From positions 644,980-708,979 of the forward strand of contig JBMNIF010000003.1 in the NCBI GenBank assembly GCA_050950765.1: a DNA stretch of 64,000 nucleotides, given 5' to 3'. Every line of letters starts with the position of its first letter. The stretch's first letter is position 1. Under the pieces are notes generated by a model. That model saw only the letters and a program-made list of their open reading frames with translations, made no database searches and was not told where the DNA came from. The translations under genes were made by a program, and so were the position numbers. This document shows, in pieces, positions 30,354-41,073 of this stretch. This DNA comes from Bdellovibrionota bacterium. GTDB lineage: Bacteria; Bdellovibrionota_C; UBA2361; JAAYZI01.

Positions 30354-31844
30354 ATGTGTGCAGATGTTGTAAAAGACCGTCGTAAAGGAGGAGACCCTCA
30401 TCAAACTGCTGGACTTAACACCACTCCTAGTCCTGATCCCGCTAAGGAATCATTCTCCCCTAAAACCATCGCTCGTATTTCAGAAAACGGTCAAGAGATA
30501 AAGATCCATATAGGCTCCTCTTCCGTGTCATTTAAAAGAGCTAGCGGCACCCCTCCTACGGAACAAGAATTAAAAAAGATAAACGATCGACTCGCCTCCG
30601 TAGCAGACCCTAAAAAAATTCTTGCTGATGGTACTTTTCAAGCCATAATAAGAGAAGGTTCTTTCGCTATCTCGCGTCTTGAGGGCTCAAAAGAGGTGTC
30701 TTTAAAATTATCGGGGACTATTGATAAATCCGTATACGGTGGAATCCCTCTTGCCGATTCCCTTTACATCTCAAATGCAACTATGGAAGGGCCAGGCAGT
30801 ATGATTTTTAGTGGCAAAGATATCACTTTTGAAAAAGTGATTTTTAAAGGCCCCTTTGGGCTAGCTCTTAATAACGCAGAGAAAGTCCATTTAAAACATT
30901 GCGGCTTACCTAGAGCACTTAGACATGGAGATTCTGAAGAAACTAGGATTCAGAAACGTAAAAATGCACTCACATTTGCAGGTAAAACAGAAGCCCTTGT
31001 TGTTGAAGATTGTCGCGGGATGCTCAATCAATCGATGCTCACCACCCAAAAGATCTCTTTTATAGAAAACAGCCCAAATGGTGTGATACTCCTTTCTCCA
31101 GAAGCTATCATTGAACGTTTTGGAGGGACTGCTTTTAAAGGTAAAAACGCCCCTGAAATGGGGGAACATATACTTGAACAAGGACGCGCTAAAGATAGAG
31201 AACTCTCTGAAGCTTTAAATAATAGCGAAGAGAGGAGGGCAGGAGAAAAGCTCTTAGTTAAATTAAGCCGTACCCTTGAAAGAAGAAGGAGGGTGATCGA
31301 AAAACTGACGGAGTTTCAAAGGATCAATAAATATAGAAATGTATTTGGTATGCCCGTAGAGAGATTATCATCTAAAGTTGCGCAGTTCGTTATAGACAAC
31401 ATTGAAAAAAGGATTAAAGAGGCTCAAGCAACTTTTGCCAAAACATCAAAAGAGCTGGTTGAGATAGAGAATAAACGGAGGGGATTTCTTGCTCGGTCAC
31501 AAGGCGAAGAATCGTGTCAAATATGTAAAAACGCATTCGTCAACCCAGAGGGAGGGGTCACTTATATATCTTCCGACGAAGTCCGTAAACTTTCGAAAAG
31601 AGAACAACTCACTCCAAAAGAATACACTATAAAGTGGCTGAGTGATTATTTTGCTGCCAAGTCTCTTCAAGAAAAAGAGCCACTTCTTGCTGAAAAGATA
31701 ATAGATGATCTCTTTCGTAAAATACACTCGAGGGGCCGCCAGATGGAACCGTATCTAAACCTCTACTTAACTAAAGAACAAAAAGCTACCTTAATAGATG
31801 ATTATAAGAAATACTTGGCAAACCGTAGAAATAGAAATAAATAA
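30354..31844 (+). CDS. Hypothetical protein (orphan, 496 aa)
   Basis: Long ORF, disordered N-terminus, coiled-coil-like C-terminal half. Confidence 0.65.
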   Translation: MCADVVKDRRKGGDPHQTAGLNTTPSPDPAKESFSPKTIARISENGQEIKIHIGSSSVSFKRASGTPPTEQELKKINDRLASVADPKKILADGTFQAIIREGSFAISRLEGSKEVSLKLSGTIDKSVYGGIPLADSLYISNATMEGPGSMIFSGKDITFEKVIFKGPFGLALNNAEKVHLKHCGLPRALRHGDSEETRIQKRKNALTFAGKTEALVVEDCRGMLNQSMLTTQKISFIENSPNGVILLSPEAIIERFGGTAFKGKNAPEMGEHILEQGRAKDRELSEALNNSEERRAGEKLLVKLSRTLERRRRVIEKLTEFQRINKYRNVFGMPVERLSSKVAQFVIDNIEKRIKEAQATFAKTSKELVEIENKRRGFLARSQGEESCQICKNAFVNPEGGVTYISSDEVRKLSKREQLTPKEYTIKWLSDYFAAKSLQEKEPLLAEKIIDDLFRKIHSRGRQMEPYLNLYLTKEQKATLIDDYKKYLANRRNRNK

Positions 31845-32202
31845 TTTTTAATACTCTTTAATATCTTTTTGCTAAGAAAGAGATAAAGTGCTTCTTGCAA
31901 AGGTTCTGCAATAATCTTACGTATAGCTTTACACAAAAATTATTACACCCTCGATAAAGTTAAAAACCTTTTTCCACCCCCCCGTCTTTAAGTTTTAACA
32001 CCGTAAATTTTTACTCTTCAAAACATCTACAACAAGAAATAACCTAATAGACACAATCAAATTTTAATGTTCCTAATATTTTGCAGAATTTGTTTTTCAC
32101 CGATTGCATCTGAAAAGTTACGTATTCTTCACTCCCCCTGCCCTCTTTTCTATGAACCTTAATTTATAAAGGTTTCAACTTCAAAATTATTTACAGCACC
32201 AC

Positions 32203-32841
32203 TTACTTTAAAACTTCTGCAGCACAAGCTTTATTCCAATAATTTAAAGTGTAAGAGTGATCCGTTTCATTAAATGATAAACTACAAAGGTGTCCTGTTT
32301 TAACCTTACCGTGATTTAAAGCAATCTCTTCAGGAATTACATCCAAAAGCTCTAAGAAAAATCTGATACAGCCGTTACTACTTACAATTAAAACTTTATC
32401 ATCAACTCCATAAGTCATAGTAAGCTCTTTTGCAAAGCTATGTATCGCTGCTCTAATCTCTTCTTTTAAACTGCCCCACACACCGACTTCAGGCCAGGTG
32501 CCCTCTTCTTTCCACCCCTTCAAAGCACCTTCACCACCTGCAGCGATAATTTCACCATCACTCTTACCGCCCCAAACGCCGTAATCGATCTCCGTTAGAC
32601 GTTTTTCCGTAATAGGAGCGGGAATGCCTAGTAAGTTTGTAATGATCTCTGCAAAACGTCGCGTGCGGTGTAACGGCGCACAATAAACCGCTGCTAACGA
32701 AATACCCTGCAACTCCTGCGCTACCCCTGCAGCTTGCGCCTCCCCTTCCAAAGTTAAAGGTAGGTCTTCATTTCTTCCAACCCAAACGATCTTATCCCCT
32801 TTTGAAAAAGTATTACCGTGTCGTGCTATAATTAATTCCAT
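32203..32841 (-). CDS. Histidine phosphatase (phosphoglycerate mutase-like) family
   Basis: IARHGNT, EIDYG.W.G. Confidence 0.85.
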   Translation of the reverse strand: MELIIARHGNTFSKGDKIVWVGRNEDLPLTLEGEAQAAGVAQELQGISLAAVYCAPLHRTRRFAEIITNLLGIPAPITEKRLTEIDYGVWGGKSDGEIIAAGGEGALKGWKEEGTWPEVGVWGSLKEEIRAAIHSFAKELTMTYGVDDKVLIVSSNGCIRFFLELLDVIPEEIALNHGKVKTGHLCSLSFNETDHSYTLNYWNKACAAEVLK

Positions 32842-32884
32842 ACAACCATCAAGTATAATTTATGATCTTTTTAGCGGCGGTGTC

Positions 32885-33661
32885 TTAACACAATTCGCCC
32901 TCTCTTAAGATAATCTCTTCCGCTTTTTTAGCATCCTGCGGAGTATCAACAGCACAGTGCGTGCGTCCACAATAATCAACCTCAACAACTTTTAGTGAGA
33001 TTCCAGCTTCTATCCACCGTAACTGCTCCAACTTTTCAAGCTCTTCCAAGCGCCCGACAGGTAAAGTCATATACTCCTCCAGAGCCTCCAAAGTATAAGC
33101 ATACAATCCGATATGCCTAAAGACAGGCGAAGTTTCAGCATCATCAATTGAACGTTCAAACGGTATCACAGAACGCGAAAAATAGAGCGCACAGTGCTTC
33201 CTATCAAATACCACTAAGGTGCCGCTACTATTTCCCGCTGCTTTTGCCTCTTGTAAATCCGTAAGTTGTTGTCGCGATAGCCTAACCGCTGGAGTGGCTA
33301 CGGAAGTCCCTGTTTGCATCTCATCAATCAACGCATCCAAGATCCATGGTGGCGTAAGAACGGCATCACCTTGCAGATTAATCACTGCATCAGGCTTAAT
33401 AACTAACTTCTTAGCCGCTTCTAAGACCCGCTCCGTTCCGTTACTGCAAGCGGGATCTGTCATCACAACTTCAACACCGATCTTTGCAACAAACTGAAAG
33501 ATCCTTTCATCGTCCGTTGCTACACAAACCTCATCCGCCTTCGCCCTATTTGCGATATTTATAACACGCTCCAATAACGGCACCCCACAGATCGGCACTA
33601 AAGGTTTGCCTGGAAAACGTTTGGAGCCGTACCTCGCTGGAATAATTATCGCTGTTCGCAT
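32885..33661 (-). CDS. kdsB: 3-deoxy-manno-octulosonate cytidylyltransferase
   Basis: IIPARYGSKRFPGKPL, ATDD, NLQGD, ALYFSRS.IP, HIGLYAY, EKLEQLR. Confidence 0.95.
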   Translation of the reverse strand: MRTAIIIPARYGSKRFPGKPLVPICGVPLLERVINIANRAKADEVCVATDDERIFQFVAKIGVEVVMTDPACSNGTERVLEAAKKLVIKPDAVINLQGDAVLTPPWILDALIDEMQTGTSVATPAVRLSRQQLTDLQEAKAAGNSSGTLVVFDRKHCALYFSRSVIPFERSIDDAETSPVFRHIGLYAYTLEALEEYMTLPVGRLEELEKLEQLRWIEAGISLKVVEVDYCGRTHCAVDTPQDAKKAEEIILREGELC

Positions 33662-33666
33662 TAAGT

Positions 33667-34091
33667 TTTTACCTCCCTAGCTGCCTTTTTACCTTTCGAA
33701 AACGTGGAGCATTGATCCCTTACACAACTTTTTTCCTCTCCGAGATCTTTACCTACTTTTAGCTGCCTTTTTTACCTCTCGGAAACATGGAGCATCGATC
33801 ACTCACACACCCTTTTTTCCTCTCCGAGATCTTAACCTCCCTAGCTGCCTTTTTACCTCTCGGAAATGTGGAGCATTGATCACTTACACCTTTTTCCTCT
33901 CCGAAATTTTAACCTCCTTTAACGGCTTTTTACCTCTCGGAAACATGGGGCATTGTTCACTTACACTCCCTTTTTTCCTCTCCGAAATTTTAACCTACTT
34001 TAACAGCCTTTTTTTCTCTCGAAAACGTGGAGCATTGATCACTTACACCTTTTTCCTCTCCGAAATTTTAGCCTCCTTTAACAGCCTTTTC
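33667..34091. repeat. Tandem array of ~5.3 x 75-85 bp overlapping the 3' end of the TerB-like gene
   Basis: Recurring GGAGCATTGATC.CTTACAC...TTTTCCTCTCCGA unit; last partial unit is the gene's final codons. Confidence 0.92.
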
Positions 34092-34565
34092 TGCCATCTC
34101 TCTAGCGCGTATACCCTGCTCGTCAGTAAGTCTCAGTTGACACTTGATGCGTTTTGCTAAACGCTCTTCATACTTACTAACATTATTATCCGTTATTATC
34201 ACTTGCCAGACCATTGATAAAACAAGGACTCGTTGTTCTTCCGTAAAGTATTGATTGAGACACTCTATAAACTCTCCGATCTTACTGCCATCACCATCAC
34301 TAGCGGCCGCAACAGCCGTTTCAACCAGTTCAGGAACATCTTTCTCATCAATGCCGAACGATCTAGTTAATGCCTGCACCACGGCAACCCCTTCACTTTT
34401 ATCTATTACTTTATCGGAAGCTGCTATCTCAACAAGTAAAACTGTGGCAGCGATATGTAGGTCTGAAGAGGTCGGTGCTCCGTGTTGATCTACAAACAAA
34501 TTCACCTCTACCTTTTTGTCACTCGGTGCTTTAAAAAAATCCTTAATTTTATTAAACATAATCAA
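34068..34565 (-). CDS. TerB-family protein
   Basis: AATVLLVEIAASD..ID.SE, MVWQVIITD..VSKYE. Confidence 0.8.
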   Translation of the reverse strand: MIMFNKIKDFFKAPSDKKVEVNLFVDQHGAPTSSDLHIAATVLLVEIAASDKVIDKSEGVAVVQALTRSFGIDEKDVPELVETAVAAASDGDGSKIGEFIECLNQYFTEEQRVLVLSMVWQVIITDNNVSKYEERLAKRIKCQLRLTDEQGIRAREMAEKAVKGG

Positions 34566-34844
34566 TCTCTCCAGAAGATAAACTTATTATAAAAGTAGCT
34601 CTTTTTTTTAAACATCCATTAAACCACCTCATATAACAATGCCACAAGCTTTAAGATGGAGCCAAGCCCCCACTTTTATCCTTAAAAGAGGAAGTATGCC
34701 ACTAACTCCCGCTATTTCTAGGCATTTCAAGCAACAAGGTCTAAAGAAAGGGTCAGGGGATTTACTTTTATAACCTATTTTTTATCTGAACCTCTTAACT
34801 TGGGGCGTTTCCCTCGCGTGATTGTCGTTGTAAGATGGTGCAAT

Positions 34845-36359
34845 ATGACTACATCTCGACCACTAACAGATTTAACGAATAATGTCTCAAAAATAAAGGC
34901 AACACTTGAGTCATCTATTGAGGCGTGTCTTGCGTCGACTGTTCAGATTCGTGGTAGTTTCCCCTCTTCTTTGGATGTTATTAATAAGATTAGTCGGCTA
35001 TCGGGAGAGTCTGATTTAAATGCACTGGTTGATCTGATTTCATCGGATCAGATCTTGGCTCTACGCACCTTAGCCATCTCAAATTACAGCTATTACCGTC
35101 CTCCAACACCGATCTTAACAGTTAGTGCGGCTGCTAATCATTTCGGAGTGCAAAAGTTACTGGAGCTGGTCTCAAACTTAGCAGAAAACAAGAACTTTAA
35201 CTCTTTTTATCTGGGGCGAGCCGTTGCCTCCACCATGATGCAGCAAGCGCTTATCGCTGGGAATGTTGCAAAAAAAGTTATCTCTATCCTTGCGCCACAA
35301 TATAACGTTGCTGCTGAAACATACCTCTTTAGTTCGTTAATTAACGCTTATCCGTTGATGTTGGCATCCTTTCAACCTTTGGCATACAGTGCGCTCTGCT
35401 TGGATTGTTTGGATGATCACAACCTCTTTGCTATGCAATTTAAAGAGTTAACGGGCAAATCTCTCGGAGCGAATGCCGCCATAGTTGCAGGACAACTCGG
35501 ACTACCCAAACTATATCACGACTTAGCGATTCAATATGACTTAGCATCAACGCGTAGCTTCGATATGTCGGCAAAAACTCTTGCGCCGGAACAGGCTATT
35601 GCAACCTCCGCACTAATAGCAGATCTAATCTCTCATGAGCTGTGTTACTTCACGGGCATTCAAGGTATTCAATCACTCTTACGTTACCTTGAAAAAGAAC
35701 TTGGACTGAACTTATCACAACTGGAAGATATCCTTGCAACGGTGCCTGATGCCTATATAGAACACACCGATTTTCTCGGGATAAAACCGTTACGACTTCC
35801 GGAATACCTGATCTGGTTTTCTCCGATAGAAGAAACTGTTGTCGGATTATGGCAAAAAAAGTTGCCGAGTATCAATGAAAGGATCGGACCATTCCTTTAT
35901 GAATTGCGTCAAACTATGGCGAACTCTCCTAGCAATCAAGGCACCTTTGCACACGCTGTGCACTGCACCCTTAACGCTTTGGTGCGCGGACTAAACTTTG
36001 ACCGTGCCGTGTTTTTCGCAGCAGATAGCACTAAAAGTGTCCTTTCTATAAATATGGCGTTCGGAATAAAATTATTTGAACCGTCAAAGATAAAGCGCTT
36101 CATTACGGATTCAGATAATACCACCATGCCCGACATCCAAGCTTTTAAACAACGCAAACCTGTTTTTATGGGAGAGCCCGTTTTCGCTGATAGTTGGCCC
36201 TTCGTAGCCTTCCCTGTTGTTTGGAAAAACGAAGTTATCGGTGTCTTCTATGCCGATAAGATTAGAAGACCAAACGGAGATGCTTTATTACCGCAAGAAG
36301 AGATCGCTTGTATCGCCATCTCGGAAGAGTGGCAGGATATACCAGCTAAAATAACTTAA
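34845..36359 (+). CDS. HDOD-domain signalling protein with C-terminal GAF-like domain
   Basis: LISSDQILALRTL.ISN.SYY..TVSAA...G (HDOD-like); LNFDRAVFF...VIGVFYAD (GAF-like); ORF track begins at 34800. Confidence 0.75.
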   Translation: MTTSRPLTDLTNNVSKIKATLESSIEACLASTVQIRGSFPSSLDVINKISRLSGESDLNALVDLISSDQILALRTLAISNYSYYRPPTPILTVSAAANHFGVQKLLELVSNLAENKNFNSFYLGRAVASTMMQQALIAGNVAKKVISILAPQYNVAAETYLFSSLINAYPLMLASFQPLAYSALCLDCLDDHNLFAMQFKELTGKSLGANAAIVAGQLGLPKLYHDLAIQYDLASTRSFDMSAKTLAPEQAIATSALIADLISHELCYFTGIQGIQSLLRYLEKELGLNLSQLEDILATVPDAYIEHTDFLGIKPLRLPEYLIWFSPIEETVVGLWQKKLPSINERIGPFLYELRQTMANSPSNQGTFAHAVHCTLNALVRGLNFDRAVFFAADSTKSVLSINMAFGIKLFEPSKIKRFITDSDNTTMPDIQAFKQRKPVFMGEPVFADSWPFVAFPVVWKNEVIGVFYADKIRRPNGDALLPQEEIACIAISEEWQDIPAKIT

Positions 36360-36642
36360 TAGCGAGATCTGCTACATCATTTAACTCTTCAAAATAACTT
36401 TTAATATCACCGTGCAATGACGGTAAAACTCCTTCTAAAAGATCCTTCTGTTCGATAAAAAGAGTTTGCAGACGTGAGTTTAGCGATCCATCTAAATTAA
36501 GCATGGTTATAATATAACTTCCAAGCTGACTTTCCAGTTGTGTTAAATCAATACCATTAAACTTTTTACCCCTTACCCCTAAAGGGAACTTACGGTTTTC
36601 ATGCGCTTCCCAACCTTTTTTTAACTCCGCTATCCCCGTCAT
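36346..36642 (-). CDS. Small hypothetical protein
   Basis: ORF, probable start MTGIAEL. Confidence 0.5.
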   Translation of the reverse strand: MTGIAELKKGWEAHENRKFPLGVRGKKFNGIDLTQLESQLGSYIITMLNLDGSLNSRLQTLFIEQKDLLEGVLPSLHGDIKSYFEELNDVADLAIKLF

Positions 36643-36827
36643 ATCTATCTCACGACAATTCAAGACAATTTTAAATAAACACTTCCCTCTGATATTTTGC
36701 ATTACTGAGCTAAATCAACACAATATAGAAAAATATATAGCACGCTACATCACTCCCCTACTTTTTCTTGTAGTAAAATTTCTTATCTCCAACAAATAGA
36801 TATTAACCTACCAAGAGATATTCACTA

Positions 36828-37547
36828 CCTACGCCATAACCGCCTAAATTTAAACTTTTTTCGTAGGAATAGGCAGGGGCGGGAACGGGAATTTAGGAAA
36901 ACAACTGAAGCATAAGCCGTATAATCTTTGATTTTATTCAACAAGGGGATGTTTTTGTACAAAACCTCCTCTTTATTATGCTCTTTAAAAGTTGTGAACC
37001 TTCTTTAAAAGTTGGTTCCTTTATGATGGGTATCAGCAATACAATAAAGGGTTTTGTAGTATTTGACTAAAACTCGAATGCTATGAATTTTTTATACCTA
37101 ACACTTTTTAGAACTTCAGATGTTTACGTGTTGCATAGGGATAGATAATCTTAAACTATGCAATCTGGAGATGTCGATTTAAACGAGCGTAGCAAGTGAG
37201 TAATGATGCAGGTAGTGGTGTAGATAAAAACACGCTAGATCTTACACAACGATTAGGAAGTATCACTAAAAAGTTTAGGGCGTTGCCTAAGGTTGTTCTA
37301 CTTCTGATAAAGACTTAAGCAAAACTTAAGCAAAATCTGATCAAGAAATCATTAGGGAATTATTATAAGAAATAATATCAAAACTTACTCTAAGAAGAGA
37401 GGAGAAAGTGGATATACCTATTACAACTACGGCTAAAATATCCAGTTAAAATATTAAACTAAAATACCAAATAAAAATGCAAATCAGTAGTCAGACACTT
37501 TAGGCAACGCTCTTACTTTTTACTTTTGTTTCTTCCTGAAACGGGTA
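36828..37547. repeat. ~720-bp near-identical direct repeat, copy 1
   Basis: Matches 40321-41034 with only a few substitutions/indels. Confidence 0.95.
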
Positions 37548-37585
37548 GGAGTGGCAAGTTCCTAAATGAAAATGAAAGGAATAAA

Positions 37586-38515
37586 ATGATGAAAAAGAAA
37601 ATCATCACTATTGTGGCAGGCATCGCTGTTATTCTTGCTTTCGTTGGCAACGCCTTCGGACAAGGGGGTCGCCTCCTCCAACGATTCGTGGGAGAGGCGG
37701 CACCCTATGTGGCAAACTATGTGCCATCCTATGCGTACAGCTGTCCGACTGGGAATTGTCAAACGGCAACCTATTCGGTAGGACAACCCATCGGGTACGT
37801 ACAGCAGCCAGCACCCGCTACGCCGCAACGAGCAGGTGTGGCAATCGCCGCGCAGCAGGCACCACCATCGAAAGGAGCTAAAGCACTTAATACGTCAGAA
37901 GCGCCGTCAACTAAAGCACCTAATACGTCGAAAGCGGCGTCAAAGGGCGCAAGAACCCCTGCCGATCATATGGCAACTCCCCCTTCTCCCACTGAAGGGA
38001 CTTGGGGAGGAAACCCTGTCATCTTCAATGGAGGAGCTTCTGCTGAAGATGGGGGTACCGTTCCCATTGCAGAAGACGAGGAGAGAGTGGGCAATTGCGT
38101 TATCGCTGTCAAGTCTTTCACGGATGGGGATGGGAAAGGAGGAAAGTACCTCTTCCTCTCCACCGGAGTTGTCGTCATTATCGGCGACGAAGGGGTCTCG
38201 AAAAAAGACCTCCGCAGCAGCATTTCGGAGAATTGGGAGGCTATCTGGACAGAACAAGGCACCGCGGAAGATCTCTCTCTTCCTTGGAACTTTTCTGCAC
38301 GGAATATCCGCGGAACAGAGACGTTGACCATCGGGGACGACGGATCTTTCGTCATTTCCAAAGTACAACCTTCTGAACCGACATCCGAGACGGAGACGCT
38401 TGAGCTACCCTTTGATCCGAATGGACACAGGGTAGTCATCATTCTCTCTCCTGGAGAGGAGGCTAAAGGAGAACCCACGACAGTTCTCTTTTCTGGTTAC
38501 GCCATCCCCTTCTAA
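37586..38515 (+). CDS. Putative secreted protein, paralog of 41074-41859
   Basis: Signal peptide MMKKKIITIVAGIAVILAFVGNAFG; C-terminal domain shared with paralog; GC-richer than host. Confidence 0.75.
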   Translation: MMKKKIITIVAGIAVILAFVGNAFGQGGRLLQRFVGEAAPYVANYVPSYAYSCPTGNCQTATYSVGQPIGYVQQPAPATPQRAGVAIAAQQAPPSKGAKALNTSEAPSTKAPNTSKAASKGARTPADHMATPPSPTEGTWGGNPVIFNGGASAEDGGTVPIAEDEERVGNCVIAVKSFTDGDGKGGKYLFLSTGVVVIIGDEGVSKKDLRSSISENWEAIWTEQGTAEDLSLPWNFSARNIRGTETLTIGDDGSFVISKVQPSEPTSETETLELPFDPNGHRVVIILSPGEEAKGEPTTVLFSGYAIPF

Positions 38516-38660
38516 GGTCGATTCCAGAAAGAACCACCACTCCGTAATACGCGCGTGACGGTTCTTCCATACCTTTGAACGACTAAGAAAGATAGGTATC
38601 CCCAAGTCTTGACGAAGGTTACACTTCTCAATGCTTTTGCTGATACCTGTCTTCCTTTTT
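38513..38660 (+). other. Conserved 3' element with stem-loop, copy 1
   Basis: Similar to 41822-41971; stem 38589-38600/38642-38653. Confidence 0.7.
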
Positions 38661-38712
38661 AGGAGGTTTTTTAACTAGATAATATTTATTTTATTTTTTT
38701 AGGGTTTTAATT

Positions 38713-40302
38713 ATGGCAGGTGCAGGTTTATTTCAAGGCATGGCAGCACGAAGAGCAGCGCGAGCAAACTTCTCAGTAACAGCAGAATATCCAACAAGAC
38801 AAAGACAATATTCCGTCACACCGCAACAAATAGGTGCGGCAACATTACATACAACAAATGGAGAAAGCCTTCGTGCTGATGCTCAAAGAGAGCTGTCTTC
38901 TCAAAATTCTTTTACGGCTAACACAACTTTAGCGCAAACTCGTCCAACAGTTACTGTAAATTCAGTAAATACACCTAATACAGGTGCTACTTCAACGACT
39001 CCTCAAAATGCGACTCCTCAACATGAAAATAAACTTACTCCTACTCCAATAAATGTTCAGATCCCAGGTCAGACTGGCACCTACCCACTTACTGCCTTTA
39101 AAAATTCAACGGGTGAAATCGTGTGTTACGGTCCAAATAGCCAAGGAACAAATGCACACATTGCAGATCAGTTAAATAGCAAGCTATATACAGAAAGTGT
39201 GCGAACACAAGCAGGAGACGACATATTAAGATATGACACAAAAAAAGTTGTTAATATAAGACCCTCTGATAATCCAAAGGCTGATTATACACTTCCTGTT
39301 ACACAATACACCAGAACACTATCTGACAGATCTGTATTAACATTTTATGGAGCTGCACCAGGTGGCGTAAATCAACATATCGCAGATAAATTAAATACAG
39401 CATTACTATTTAAGCAAATTGAACAGGATGCAGCAAAGCAGACAAATACAGGTCAACAAACTCAAGCGCCAAGTGAGAGAGAGCAGATAAGTACAAGCCA
39501 ACAACCTCAAGCGGAAGCAGCAACTCCTAATCCAACAACGAAAGATAAAACAGAGCAGACAAATACAGATCAAGCGGAAAAACTTAATACGGAAAACGTA
39601 ACGTCAACGAAAAAGGCTGATCCGAGCAAGCAAATGGCAAGTAAGCCAACTTGGCCCCATGAGGATACAGCAGATACCGCCGGTCCTAAAGAGCAACCTA
39701 AACCCACTGCAGCAACGCAAAATGAAGATCAAAAACCTCAAACGGAATTAGCAAATTCCACTACAGCAACGCAAGATAAAGCTCAACAACCTCAAGCGGG
39801 AGCAGCAACTCCTAATCCAACAACGAAAGATGAACCTCAACAAACTCAAACGGAATTAGCAAATTCCAACACAGCAACGCAAGATGAACCTCAACAAACT
39901 CAAGCGCTAAGTGAAGCAACGCAGGCAAGTACAAGCCAAAAACCTCAAACGGGAGCAGCAACTCCTGATCCAGCAACGAAAAAAAGTGCGGCTTCAGAAA
40001 AACAAGCTCCTAAAGAGAACAACTCCACAGCAACTAGAAAAAAGAGTGATGGGATATCTCAGAACAAAGCAAGAAGCACCGAACGACCCAGTGTGATGGA
40101 TCGGGCTAGAAATATGGTACAAAAGGGCATGGAAACTACAAAACAGATCGCAGAGGCTGGGGGAGAAGTCATAAGTACTCTAAAAACGGGCATAGATACT
40201 GTAGGAAGCCTCATAAATCACGAGCCATGGGCAGGAAGGATTCTGAAAAGAATCGGAAATACTGCTAGGTCTAACATCTCCCGTTTTAAAATACCCTTCT
40301 AG
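38713..40302 (+). CDS. Hypothetical Gln/Thr/Ala-rich repeat protein
   Basis: 529-aa ORF; internal repeats PQAxAATPNPTTKD, QTELANS, and twice YG....G.NxHIADxLN. Confidence 0.75.
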   Translation: MAGAGLFQGMAARRAARANFSVTAEYPTRQRQYSVTPQQIGAATLHTTNGESLRADAQRELSSQNSFTANTTLAQTRPTVTVNSVNTPNTGATSTTPQNATPQHENKLTPTPINVQIPGQTGTYPLTAFKNSTGEIVCYGPNSQGTNAHIADQLNSKLYTESVRTQAGDDILRYDTKKVVNIRPSDNPKADYTLPVTQYTRTLSDRSVLTFYGAAPGGVNQHIADKLNTALLFKQIEQDAAKQTNTGQQTQAPSEREQISTSQQPQAEAATPNPTTKDKTEQTNTDQAEKLNTENVTSTKKADPSKQMASKPTWPHEDTADTAGPKEQPKPTAATQNEDQKPQTELANSTTATQDKAQQPQAGAATPNPTTKDEPQQTQTELANSNTATQDEPQQTQALSEATQASTSQKPQTGAATPDPATKKSAASEKQAPKENNSTATRKKSDGISQNKARSTERPSVMDRARNMVQKGMETTKQIAEAGGEVISTLKTGIDTVGSLINHEPWAGRILKRIGNTARSNISRFKIPF

Positions 40303-40320
40303 GTGAAGGGGAACACTAAA

Positions 40321-41034
40321 CCTACGCCATAACCGCCTAAATTTAAACTTTTTTCGTAGGAATAGGCAGGGGCGGGAACGGGAATTTAGGAAAACAACTG
40401 AAGCATAAGCCGTATAATCTTTGATTTTATTCAACAAGGGGATGTTTTTGTACAAAACCTCCTCTTTATTATGCTCTTTAAAAGTTGTGAACCTTCTTTA
40501 AAAGTTGGTTCCTTTATGATGGGTATCAGCAATACAATAAAGGGTTTTGTAGTATTTGATTAAAACTCGAATGCTATGAATTTTTTATACCTAACACTTT
40601 TTAGAACTTCAGATGTTTACGTGTTGCATAGGGATAGATAATCTTAAACTATGCAATCTGAGATGTCGATTCAAACGAGCGTAGCAAGTGAGTAATGATG
40701 CAGGTAGTGGTGTAGATAAAAACACGCTAGATCTTACACAACGATTAGGAAGTATCACTAAAAAGTTTAGGGCGTTGCCTAAGGTTGTTCTACTTCTGAT
40801 AAAGACTTAAGCAAAACTTAAGCAAAATCTGATCAAGAAATCATTAGGGAATTATTATAAGAAATAATATCAAAACTTACTCTAAGAAGAGAGGAGAAAG
40901 TGGATATACCTATTACAACTACGGCTAAAATATCCAGTTAAAATATTAAACTAAAATACCAAATAAAAATGCAAATCAGTAGTCAGACACTTTAGGCAAC
41001 GCTCTTACTTTTCAGTTTCTTCCTGAAACGGGTA
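40321..41034. repeat. ~715-bp near-identical direct repeat, copy 2
   Basis: Matches 36828-37547. Confidence 0.95.
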
Positions 41035-41073
41035 AGTGGCGTACTAGGCATTTTTCATGAGGAGAAATATACC

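Noticed and set aside
33876..34160. 94-aa ORF (likewise 21255-21518 and 45523-45729)
   Set aside because: Translations of repeat or regulatory DNA; no coding signal.
37196..37318. 40-codon ORF inside the duplicated leader
   Set aside because: No clear RBS or homology; conservation is explained by the duplication itself.
37562..38605. Multiple overlapping ORFs on both strands
   Set aside because: Shadow frames of a GC-rich gene; only 37586-38515 has an RBS, signal peptide and paralog.
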